Assembly: GCA_043739185.1 (NCBI GenBank)
Contig: JAYUEN010000386.1
Coordinates: 16,764 to 80,763, forward strand
Source: Bdellovibrionales bacterium
GTDB lineage: Bacteria; Bdellovibrionota; Bdellovibrionia; Bdellovibrionales; JAMPXM01
Direction: 5' to 3'
DNA: 64,000 nucleotides
Shown here in pieces: positions 1-7,702 of the stretch. Under the pieces are notes generated by a model. The model worked only from the letters and a program-made list of their open reading frames with translations. It had not been told where the DNA came from and did no database searches. Position 1 is the first letter of the stretch. Each line of letters opens with the position of its first letter. A program made the translations under genes and the position numbers.

Positions 1-14
1 ATTTGAGCAAAAAA

Positions 15-1616
15 TTACATTCGAAAAATACCTTGGCGTGATGCATCCCATTTTTGATGAAGGCTCGCACGAATGCCAAGAGCCAATACTTGGCGCGTGT
101 CTTTTGGATCAATAATGCCGTCATCCCAAAGTCTCGCACTTGAATAATAAGCCGAACTTTCGCGCTCATACTTCTCTAAAATGGGAGCTTTAAAAGCTGA
201 TTGTTCAGCCGCCGTCATTTTCTTATCGGGAGATTGCTCCATTTTAACGGTGAGTAAGACATTTGCGGCTTGCTCTCCGCCCATTACTGAGATCCGCGCA
301 TTTGGCCACATCCAGAGTTGTCTGGGTTGGTAAGCTCTTCCGCACATCCCATAATTTCCGGCGCCATATGAACCGCCAAGGACCACGGTGAATTTCGGGA
401 CACTGGCGTTGCTAACGGCCATCACCATTTTGGCGCCATGTTTGGCAATGCCTTCGTTTTCGTATTTGCGGCCAACCATAAAGCCAGTGATATTTTGCAG
501 AAAAACCAAGGGGGTTCGACGTTTTTCACAAAGCTGAATGAAGTGAGTTGCTTTCAATGCACTTTCGCTAAAAAGAACGCCATTGTTAGCAATGATCCCG
601 ATCGGCATACCGAAAATACGCGCGAAGCCAGTGACTAAAGTGGCGCCATAACTGGATTTAAACTCATGAAATTCGGACGCGTCAACAATGCGTGCAATGA
701 TTTCGCGAACATCATAAGGAATGCGTGCATCCTTAGGAACGACTCCGTAAATCTCATCTGCAGAATAAGCGGGCTCACGAACCTGGTGAATTTCAAAAGG
801 AGAAAATTTTCTTTGATTTAAATTTGAGACGATATTGCGAGTAATTTGCAGGGCATCTTCGTCGTCTTCAGCAAGATGATCGGTAACACCGCTCACCGAA
901 GAATGAACTTCGGCGCCACCCAAATCTTGAGCCGATACAACTTCTCCGGTTGCCGCTTTAACTAGGGGTGGGCCGCCGAGAAAGATCGTACCATTCTCCC
1001 GCACAATGACATTTTCATCGCTCATGGCCGGAACATAGGCCCCACCGGCAGTACAACTTCCCATAACAACTGAAATTTGAGCTATTCCAAGCGCAGACAT
1101 ACGTGCTTGATTGTAAAAAATTCGACCGAAATGATCGCGGTCAGGAAAGACTTGATCCTGCATTGGCAAAAAAGCGCCGCCGCTGTCTACCAAATAAATA
1201 CAAGGGAGCCCATTTTCGAGTGCAATTTCTTGCGCGCGCAAATGTTTCTTTACGGTCATCGGAAAATAAGTGCCGCCTTTTACGGTGGCATCATTTGCCA
1301 CCACGACACAAGTGATCCCACTTACAATCCCGATGCCAGTGATAATACCTGCGCCGGGAGCTGCAGAATCATACATTTCGTAAGCGGCTAAGGTGCTAAA
1401 CTCTAAAAAAGAAGTTGCAGGGTCTAATAACTTTTCAATACGATCACGTGCGGTCAACTTACCGCGAGCGCGATGTTTTTTGGCTAACTCGACGCCGCCG
1501 CCATCTTTAGCAACTGAAATTCGATTTCGCCATTGGCCCACGAGCGCGAGCATGGCCTTTGAATTTTCAGAAAAATCGGAAGAGCCAGGGTCAATTTGTG
1601 AATTCAATACGTTCAT
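15..1616 (-). CDS. acyl-CoA carboxylase carboxyltransferase (beta) subunit, methylcrotonyl-CoA carboxylase beta-like
   Basis: 533-aa ORF. Typical carboxyltransferase segments are present: [48 protein letters not shown]. Length and layout match MccB/PccB-type enzymes. Confidence 0.85.
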   Translation of the reverse strand: MNVLNSQIDPGSSDFSENSKAMLALVGQWRNRISVAKDGGGVELAKKHRARGKLTARDRIEKLLDPATSFLEFSTLAAYEMYDSAAPGAGIITGIGIVSGITCVVVANDATVKGGTYFPMTVKKHLRAQEIALENGLPCIYLVDSGGAFLPMQDQVFPDRDHFGRIFYNQARMSALGIAQISVVMGSCTAGGAYVPAMSDENVIVRENGTIFLGGPPLVKAATGEVVSAQDLGGAEVHSSVSGVTDHLAEDDEDALQITRNIVSNLNQRKFSPFEIHQVREPAYSADEIYGVVPKDARIPYDVREIIARIVDASEFHEFKSSYGATLVTGFARIFGMPIGIIANNGVLFSESALKATHFIQLCEKRRTPLVFLQNITGFMVGRKYENEGIAKHGAKMVMAVSNASVPKFTVVLGGSYGAGNYGMCGRAYQPRQLWMWPNARISVMGGEQAANVLLTVKMEQSPDKKMTAAEQSAFKAPILEKYERESSAYYSSARLWDDGIIDPKDTRQVLALGIRASLHQKWDASRQGIFRM

Positions 1617-1620
1617 ATAT

Positions 1621-2238
1621 TTAAGACTCTACTTTTGATGAATTTTGAGAAATGGCAATTTTTTGATTCAAACTCCAACCAACTCTGGCTTTGGCGACTA
1701 ATTTTTGCTCGTCAAAAATTTGAACTTCACTTTCGGTTGTGAGCTCCCCTTTTGACCGCAACTCAAATAGCATCTCTTCAATTTGAGATAAACTACAATT
1801 AAACAATGACCTCAGTGAGCCAAAGTCTTTATTGAGAATTTCAACCTGAACGGAGGTCGCTCGCATACTAGATAACTTGGGGTCTAGGTGGCGCTCCCAA
1901 AACAAACGCGAAGTCAATTCTGCGAGAGTACTTATGGCACCGATGTGTAGCCTTTTTGAAGCATCTAAATTTTGAAAACTGTCAGGCAGCCGAATTTCGA
2001 CTTTGAGGTCATCCCAAGACAATACTTTGAGGCCCATAGTAGCTACGAAGGGATCATTGACCAATGACGCAAGATCTAAGAGGCGATTTTTAAGTCGAGC
2101 GGGCAGGTGATCTACATAAGGGGAAAGTGCTCGCGGATTCAACAATGAAGCCAATACATTTCTCTTGGTTTCGGCGGGAATGAGTTGCCAAACCGCTAAG
2201 CCCACAGGAAACGAGTATTTCTTCAGGAAGCTTTTCAT
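1621..2238 (-). CDS. hypothetical protein (possibly hotdog-fold, unverified)
   Basis: 205-aa ORF only 4 nt upstream of the carboxylase gene on the same strand. No motif I can name with certainty. Confidence 0.5.
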   Translation of the reverse strand: MKSFLKKYSFPVGLAVWQLIPAETKRNVLASLLNPRALSPYVDHLPARLKNRLLDLASLVNDPFVATMGLKVLSWDDLKVEIRLPDSFQNLDASKRLHIGAISTLAELTSRLFWERHLDPKLSSMRATSVQVEILNKDFGSLRSLFNCSLSQIEEMLFELRSKGELTTESEVQIFDEQKLVAKARVGWSLNQKIAISQNSSKVES

Positions 2239-2424
2239 AATTTTAGGCGCTCTTTCTTAAACAAATGATTTGCCGAATACGTGCTAGAGTATTTAATATA
2301 CGGAGATAGTTCAAATTATTTACTTAAAAAAGCTCTTCAAATGAGCGTGAGTATATGAAATGAATTGAGCATCTCAGTCAGGGCTTACGCACAACGGCTT
2401 AACTGCAGAACCAATGAGGTAGTG

Positions 2425-2886
2425 ATGAAATATATTTGGACTCTCGGTTTTCTGGTTTTGATGTCCGGGACTTGGTATATTTCGAATGCGGAGTCTAATT
2501 ATAATATCGAAGACAATGCGCGCGCGGAAGCTAATTTTGCCAAGATGATCATCGATGCCATTAAAGCCAAGCGACCCAATGTCACCGATGTGCACTTTCT
2601 GCAGCTGTTTACAGAAGTCATTGAAGAAAACAAATTCATGCGCGCTCACTTTAAATATGAAATCGAAGAGCCCACTTCTGGTGGGGATACCTCTACCCAA
2701 CTTATTACTGGAGTGGCGCAGCTGCACTCGCAAGACGAAGGCGAGAGCTGGATGGTGCAAACACCAGAGTCAATTTCAGATGAAATTAATTTTAAAAACG
2801 GTGCCAAGATTTTTCACAGTCTCGATGCCGCCGAGTTAAATTCGCAACCAAAAACAATTCAAAAATCAGAAGAAAAGCATAAGTAA
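2425..2886 (+). CDS. secreted hypothetical protein
   Basis: ATG at 2425 is preceded by GAGGT. The N-terminus MKYIWTLGFLVLMSGTWYISNA looks like a signal peptide. The longer TTG start at 2365 has no such support. Confidence 0.6.
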   Translation: MKYIWTLGFLVLMSGTWYISNAESNYNIEDNARAEANFAKMIIDAIKAKRPNVTDVHFLQLFTEVIEENKFMRAHFKYEIEEPTSGGDTSTQLITGVAQLHSQDEGESWMVQTPESISDEINFKNGAKIFHSLDAAELNSQPKTIQKSEEKHK

Positions 2887-3953
2887 TGAATGAAACAATA
2901 AAAAATTCCGCGCCCACTTCTTTTAAGTTTATTAGTATTGACGAGCAAGGTTATCCGAACATTGCTGGCGAAAAAGTCACCGATGAAAACTTCGGAAAAG
3001 AAATAATCAAAAACATTTCTATGGACAAAGAGGGGCGCGCCTTTACAAAAGCCGCTGGCGAAAACTATCTCGTAGAGTATTTTGATGAGGCGCTGATTGC
3101 TCAGAATGTTGAGATTGTCGATGCCAAAACCGGAAAAATTCAAATGGTCTATGGCTTAAGCGCGGGATTTAAATTTGAAACTCTTTGCTCTGACGAATGG
3201 GATCGTTTTCACGGCCTTACTGATAATCACGTACCATTTGTGCTTTCGCGAGCGGCGCAAGCTGAATTTTTCAATCGAGTCGACAGTTTTGATGACGAAA
3301 GCGTTGAGGTGAAGGGAAAGACCTATACGATTGCACCGTTTTTTCAATTGAATCAAAATGTTCAGAGTCCTGATTTTTGGACCAAGCGCTATAAAGAAGA
3401 GAAAACCGAATGGAATTTGGGAGCCCCGGCACAAGCTTTGAAATCGATAATGCCGCAACTCAAACTTTCTTCACAGAGAATTGCAGTTTTAGGCGCCGGC
3501 ACCTGCGAAGATGCGGCCTATTTGGCAAGCCTCGGTCACTTCGTGACAGCGATTGACTTCAGTGGTGACGCTATTGCTAAAGCGCGGCTTAAATTTTCGC
3601 AGCTTGAACGTCTCAAATTTATTGAATGTGATATTTTTCATTTGCCCGCAAGCCTTGATCAAAATTTTGATCTGGTCTTTGAACACACTTGCTATAGCGC
3701 AGTTGATCCGACCAAGCGTTCACAGCTCGTAAAAGTTTGGAATCGGCTGTTAGCTCCCCAGGGGCATTTATTGGGAGTATTTTTTGCGGTTGATAAGCGC
3801 CAAGGGCCTCCATTTGGAGGAAGTGAGTGGGAACTTAAAAAACGCCTTGATAAATACTTTCGCCTTCTTTATTGGACCAGATGGCGTGAGGAAGGCTATG
3901 CGAGAGCTGGCCAAGAGCTTGTGGTTTTCGCGCAGAAAAGCAGCAAAACTTAA
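2886..3953 (+). CDS. two-domain protein: unknown N-terminal domain fused to a TPMT-like SAM-dependent methyltransferase
   Basis: The C-terminal half has the SAM motif I VLGAGTCEDAAYLASLGHFVTAIDFS, then FDLVFEHTCYSAVDP and a GPPFGG segment typical of thiopurine/halide methyltransferase-like enzymes. The start overlaps the stop of the previous gene (TAATG). Confidence 0.75.
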   Translation: MNETIKNSAPTSFKFISIDEQGYPNIAGEKVTDENFGKEIIKNISMDKEGRAFTKAAGENYLVEYFDEALIAQNVEIVDAKTGKIQMVYGLSAGFKFETLCSDEWDRFHGLTDNHVPFVLSRAAQAEFFNRVDSFDDESVEVKGKTYTIAPFFQLNQNVQSPDFWTKRYKEEKTEWNLGAPAQALKSIMPQLKLSSQRIAVLGAGTCEDAAYLASLGHFVTAIDFSGDAIAKARLKFSQLERLKFIECDIFHLPASLDQNFDLVFEHTCYSAVDPTKRSQLVKVWNRLLAPQGHLLGVFFAVDKRQGPPFGGSEWELKKRLDKYFRLLYWTRWREEGYARAGQELVVFAQKSSKT

Positions 3954-4102
3954 CTTAAATCTTCTGTCTTTCGCAGAAGATCGTCTTATGCCTCTCTAAG
4001 AAATTATTGATTTGAATTTAATTCATTTCCGGATGAAAAACTTGCATCGGATTCATGGGAGAATCCGTGTAATTGGGGAATTACAAAGCCGGGGGGTTTT
4101 GA

Positions 4103-5014
4103 ATGGAATTTGGGATTAGGTCAATTGTTCTTATCGTGGCATCGGCAGCTCTTGTTGCCTGCGGCCAAAATCAAAGTGGTGAAAATCTAGAGTCAAATAG
4201 TAAAGGCTCAAATGAGCAGGCGCCTTTTTCATGGGGCGAGGTCACGGGCATTATTGGTGGTCAAAACGTCAATGCAAATGATCCGATTGCTCGCAGTGTA
4301 GTTGCAATCTACGATGTTCAATATAAGGCATTGTGCACAGCCTCGATAGTGAGCAGCAGATACTTAATTACAGCAGCACATTGCGTACATCCCGGATCCA
4401 CCAGCAATCTTCGCGTGGTTTACGGAGCGGATATGACGAATAAAGCAAGTATTGTGGCTGTCGGAATGGTCACTGGCGCGGTTCAATCACCTCTTTGGGC
4501 GACTAATCAAAACAAGGCAAGTGATACCGGTGATATTGCCGTTGTTCGCTTGGCCTCTCCACCTCCAGCTGCGTATGTTCCGGCCACTATTCTCAATGAC
4601 AATTCGGCTTTGCAAGCGGGAAAGCAGGTATTGCTCGAGGGATACGGAACTTCAGTGGGTCATCCGGATGCAAAAAGCATCAATGACAACGGCGCGGGCG
4701 TACTTCGTGCGGTGGTAACAAAGATTATTAGTCCCAACTATAGTCAAACAGAAGTGATGATCGATGAATCACAAGGCAAAGGATCTTGCCACGGAGACTC
4801 AGGTGGTCCGGCCTATATTCAGGTCGGAGGAAAGACTGTGCTATTTGGTGTGACCTCTAGAGGCACCGATCAATTCTGTTCAAAGAGCGTTATTTATACG
4901 AATATTTTAGCTTATGCCAAATGGTTTCCTACAGCAGTCCAACAGTTAGAGGGACAGGTTCAAAAATTAGCCTCTTCAATGATGCCAAGATTTGTTGCCA
5001 ATCTTCAAGAATAG
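4103..5014 (+). CDS. secreted trypsin-like serine protease (S1 family)
   Basis: Lipoprotein-like signal (LVACG), IIGG maturation site, and catalytic motifs TAAHC, DIAVVRL, GDSGGP. Confidence 0.9.
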   Translation: MEFGIRSIVLIVASAALVACGQNQSGENLESNSKGSNEQAPFSWGEVTGIIGGQNVNANDPIARSVVAIYDVQYKALCTASIVSSRYLITAAHCVHPGSTSNLRVVYGADMTNKASIVAVGMVTGAVQSPLWATNQNKASDTGDIAVVRLASPPPAAYVPATILNDNSALQAGKQVLLEGYGTSVGHPDAKSINDNGAGVLRAVVTKIISPNYSQTEVMIDESQGKGSCHGDSGGPAYIQVGGKTVLFGVTSRGTDQFCSKSVIYTNILAYAKWFPTAVQQLEGQVQKLASSMMPRFVANLQE

Positions 5015-5040
5015 TTATTAACTTTTAGTGTGTTTACCTA

Positions 5041-5067
5041 GGGGGCTGAATAGGCCCCCGTTTTTTT
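5041..5067 (+). terminator. rho-independent terminator after the S1 protease gene
   Basis: gggggc-tgaatag-gccccc stem followed by g + T7. Confidence 0.6.
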
Positions 5068-5080
5068 GGGCGGACTCACA

Positions 5081-5617
5081 TTGAAAAAATTAATATCACT
5101 AGCGATTTTATTTCCACTTTTTATAGGATGTAAGACGGCGCACAAGAGCGAGAGCCTCAAGATTCCTGCATTCATTCTTCCCGCAGGGCTAGAAGATATT
5201 TCCTATCATGCCAAGAAGAATTGCAAAGCTTTTGATGCGAACGGCGGAAAGACCTCTATTTCGGGAGATTTTGATGGCGACGGCATAGTAGATCACGCCA
5301 AAATTGTTAAAAAGAAAGAAAATGGTCAAGAATTTCTTTATGTCTGGCTCTCATCACAGGAATACAAGGGCATTGAGCTTGATGAAATTGGTGATTTAGA
5401 GGCCCTAAATAATATGTCATTGTCCTTGGGTAAACACGGCACCCAAATTCAAGATGCGTGTGGTAGGGGCAATGAAGTTTTATGCGAAGAGAATGATCCA
5501 AAAGAGATCGTCTTTAAAAATGATTTTATTTGGTATACTCAGTGTGAGGCAGCGGCCTCTATTTTCTATTGGAATCCACAGATCAAAGCATTTAAAAGAG
5601 TTTGGTATAGCGACTGA
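5081..5617 (+). CDS. lipoprotein, hypothetical (contains a GDFDGDG FG-GAP-like motif)
   Basis: The TTG at 5081 gives (M)KKLISLAILFPLFIGC, a lipobox-type signal. The ORF-track start at 5066 lies inside the terminator T-run. Confidence 0.65.
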   Translation: MKKLISLAILFPLFIGCKTAHKSESLKIPAFILPAGLEDISYHAKKNCKAFDANGGKTSISGDFDGDGIVDHAKIVKKKENGQEFLYVWLSSQEYKGIELDEIGDLEALNNMSLSLGKHGTQIQDACGRGNEVLCEENDPKEIVFKNDFIWYTQCEAAASIFYWNPQIKAFKRVWYSD

Positions 5618-5633
5618 GGAAACAGAAAAAGAA

Positions 5634-5661
5634 GGGCGCCATGGCTTTCACCAGAGCGCCC
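5634..5661 (-). terminator. probable terminator of rnpB
   Basis: On the minus strand a gggcgc...gcgccc stem (6 bp, 16-nt loop) is followed by ttctttttctgttt. Confidence 0.4.
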
Positions 5662-5669
5662 AAAATGTC

Positions 5670-6066
5670 GTAGTGAGTTTGAACGATAAGCCGGATTCTG
5701 TCTGAGGAGGATTCGACAATTCCCCCGGAGACGATTATTCGTCTGCGCCAATGATTACTCATTGGCTGAAGCGATCTTACCCGAAAGTCAGTGCAGGCGA
5801 CACTTGCCTTAGGCTTTTAAGGGCCCAAGACTGCTTTCCTATTTGATCTTGCTCCACTGAGAGTTTGGCTGTTTTCACTCCAGCAGCTCCCCCTCAATCT
5901 CCCGTTCCCGAAAGAGGGCTCAATGCTCTGGACATTCTCTCTGTTCCACTGTTCCGCACCTTACGGTGGAGGCTCGTTAAGCCCTCAGCTGCCTTATGGA
6001 GTCCGGACTTTCCTCTCTCAAAATGAGACAAGTCTCACTTTGAAAGCAATCGTCTATTCAAGCTCG
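5670..6066 (-). ncRNA. rnpB: RNase P RNA, bacterial type A
   Basis: The reverse complement contains GAGAGGAAAGTCCGGACTCCATAAGGCAG, AACAGAGAGAATG, GGAGCAAGATCAAATAGG and GACAGAATCCGGCTTATCG, in the order and spacing of E. coli M1 RNA. The 5' GAGCTTGAA can pair with the 3' TTCAAACTC (P1). End coordinates are accurate to about 5 nt. Confidence 0.9.
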
Positions 6067-6072
6067 CTGGCC

Positions 6073-6101
6073 AAAATAGCAGGGCCTGGGGTTTTTCGCA
6101 A
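6073..6101 (-). promoter_or_regulatory. sigma-70-type promoter candidate for rnpB
   Basis: Minus strand reads TTGCGA-17 nt-TATTTT, with the -10 ending about 7 nt before the inferred 5' end of rnpB. Confidence 0.4.
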
Positions 6102-6123
6102 TACGAGAATTTTCAAAATATGC

Positions 6124-6150
6124 TCAAGCTAAAGTCTAGCTAGCCGATAG
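6124..6150 (+). promoter_or_regulatory. sigma-28 (FliA)-like promoter candidate
   Basis: TCAAGCTA-11 nt-GCCGATAG compared with the consensus TAAAGTTT-N11-GCCGATAA (5/8 and 7/8). It lies about 40 nt upstream of the small ORF at 6191. Confidence 0.3.
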
Positions 6151-6190
6151 GATAGGTGTTGGAATAATCAAGCGGTACGTTGGGGGATAT

Positions 6191-6301
6191 ATGAAAGCAC
6201 AAGCCATTAGGCCTTATGTAGCTCGTAAACTAGGTCTTACGTTTGTTCTCGCCTTTATTAGTTTCTGTATGTTTGTTGAAATCATCAACCTACTTCGTTA
6301 A
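6191..6301 (+). CDS. 36-aa hydrophobic small protein candidate
   Basis: ATG is preceded by GGGGGA. The product is MKAQAIRPYVARKLGLTFVLAFISFCMFVEIINLLR, with one predicted TM helix. It is below the ORF-track size cut-off. Confidence 0.35.
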   Translation: MKAQAIRPYVARKLGLTFVLAFISFCMFVEIINLLR

Positions 6302-6331
6302 AATCAGCCTCGTTTAAAAGCGAGGTTGCAA

Positions 6332-6529
6332 ATGAACGAATGGACTGCGGTTGACCAATACTTCCAAAAAAATCTAATTGGAAAAAATTCATTATTTGAA
6401 GTTATTTTGGGGCATAGACAATTGATTGAATTGGTCGGGAGAGAAAAGTGAGTAGAAGCAACTGCAATTCAGACGGTTGGTGAAAAGGCCTATGATGGTT
6501 ACCTCATGGCATTGGTGAAGGCACTCTGA
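6332..6529 (+). pseudogene. relic of a class I SAM-dependent O-methyltransferase (internal deletion plus in-frame stop)
   Basis: There are 39 codons (MNEWTAVDQYFQKNLIG...), then TGA at 6449. The same frame continues VEATAIQTVGEKAYDGYLMALVKAL, matching the characteristic C-terminus (ATAIQTVG.KG.DGF.LA) of the Methyltransf_3/YrrM-like family. The SAM-binding core of roughly 150 aa is missing. Confidence 0.55.
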
Positions 6530-6580
6530 AAAAATACAACCTCTAGAGTTGTATTTTTTCAGACAAGGTGTCTTGAAACA
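6522..6580 (+). repeat. dispersed ~58-nt hairpin repeat, copy A
   Basis: Aligns with 56688-56744 over cactct.aaaaaa..acaacctc..ag.gttgtatttt.tcagaca.ggt.tc..aa.ca. Confidence 0.55.
6526..6562 (+). terminator. perfect 15-bp hairpin (terminator-like), core of a dispersed repeat
   Basis: ctgaaaaaatacaac-ctctaga-gttgtattttttcag. Confidence 0.55.
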
Positions 6581-6732
6581 ATCCTCAGGCCCTTACCATT
6601 TTTCAAGAGGAGCCTTAGTCCTTGCAAAGCGACTCCTAAATCAGCTAAAAATGAGCCATCGAAAACGCACTATTAAACCCAACAGAAAAACTAAGAGCTG
6701 AGTTAAAAAAGAATCCTTTTTTACTTGCTCCA

Positions 6733-7701
6733 ATGGCCGGAATTACGGACTGTGCCTTTCGTACTTTTATGCGCGAAATGGGTTGCGGAGTTGTGATCAG
6801 CGAATTGGTTTCAGCCCACGGTCTAGAGTTCAACAGCAAAAATACTTGCCGAATAATGGAGTTTGAAAAACTTCAAAGTCCCTATGGCGTACAGCTCTTT
6901 GGTGATTCTCCCGAAGTCCTTGCCAAGGGCGCGCGTACGGTTGAAGAATTCGGCGCCGATTTTGTCGACCTTAACTTTGGTTGCCCGGTACCGAAAGTGG
7001 TAAAAAAGGGCGGGGGCTCGGCTATTTTGAAGGATCTAGATCGGGTAGCAGAAACTTTTAAGCAGGTTAAGGCGGCCACCAATCTTCCGGTCACTGTTAA
7101 AATTCGCACGGGTTGGGATGAAAGCCTCAAGAATGCGGATGAGGTTTGTAAAATTGCTTACAATGAGGGTCTGGCTTGGGTTGCTATTCATGGGCGCACT
7201 AGGGCTGCGGGCTACTCGGGATTGGCAAACTGGGAATATATTTCACAGATCAAGTCGAAGTCGAAGTTACCAGTTATTGGCAATGGCGACATTGCAAGTG
7301 CGGCTCAGGCAAATGATCGCCTCAAGCAAAGTGGCTGTGATGCCGTGATGATAGGTCGAGGATGCTTGAAGAATCCTTGGATATTTCTTCAATCCAAACG
7401 CATTTGGCTTGCTGAAGAAGCGGCCACTCACGGAGAGGATGACTTTGTTCAGATTTTTTTGAGCCTCAAACAGGCACTTGAAAGAAGTGCCGATGAAAAG
7501 ATCATCATTCTTCAGCTTAGAAAGTTTGCCTCATGGTTCTCTTCAGGCTATAGTGGTGCATCCAATTTTAGGAAAACAATATTTCAGCAAGATTCTTTGG
7601 CTGGAGTAATGGATTTAATACACGAGTTCTTTACGGGACTCCGCCAGAATAATCAGGCGGATACAAGTTCAGAATCATTTCTCATGGGCGGGCACGGTTA
7701 A
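6733..7701 (+). CDS. dus: tRNA-dihydrouridine synthase
   Basis: APMAGITD, FGCP, VKIR and HGRT motifs of Dus TIM-barrel enzymes. The true 5' end probably lies upstream (see finding at 6651-6735). Confidence 0.9.
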   Translation: MAGITDCAFRTFMREMGCGVVISELVSAHGLEFNSKNTCRIMEFEKLQSPYGVQLFGDSPEVLAKGARTVEEFGADFVDLNFGCPVPKVVKKGGGSAILKDLDRVAETFKQVKAATNLPVTVKIRTGWDESLKNADEVCKIAYNEGLAWVAIHGRTRAAGYSGLANWEYISQIKSKSKLPVIGNGDIASAAQANDRLKQSGCDAVMIGRGCLKNPWIFLQSKRIWLAEEAATHGEDDFVQIFLSLKQALERSADEKIIILQLRKFASWFSSGYSGASNFRKTIFQQDSLAGVMDLIHEFFTGLRQNNQADTSSESFLMGGHG

Positions 7702-7702
7702 G

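Noticed and set aside
4040-4102. Possible c-di-GMP (GEMM-I-like) riboswitch upstream of the S1 protease: acaaagccgggggg resembles the ACGCAAAGCC.CCGG core, and a 7-bp hairpin cggattc/gaatccg precedes it.
   Set aside because: There is no GNRA-tetraloop P1 hairpin and no room for the second helix before the start codon. The G-run is more simply the RBS.
5454-6132. ORF-track ORFs 5454-5705(+), 5566-5751(-) and 5923-6132(+).
   Set aside because: They lie on top of the RNase P RNA gene. They have no RBS or protein-like composition and are artefacts of an untranslated structured RNA.
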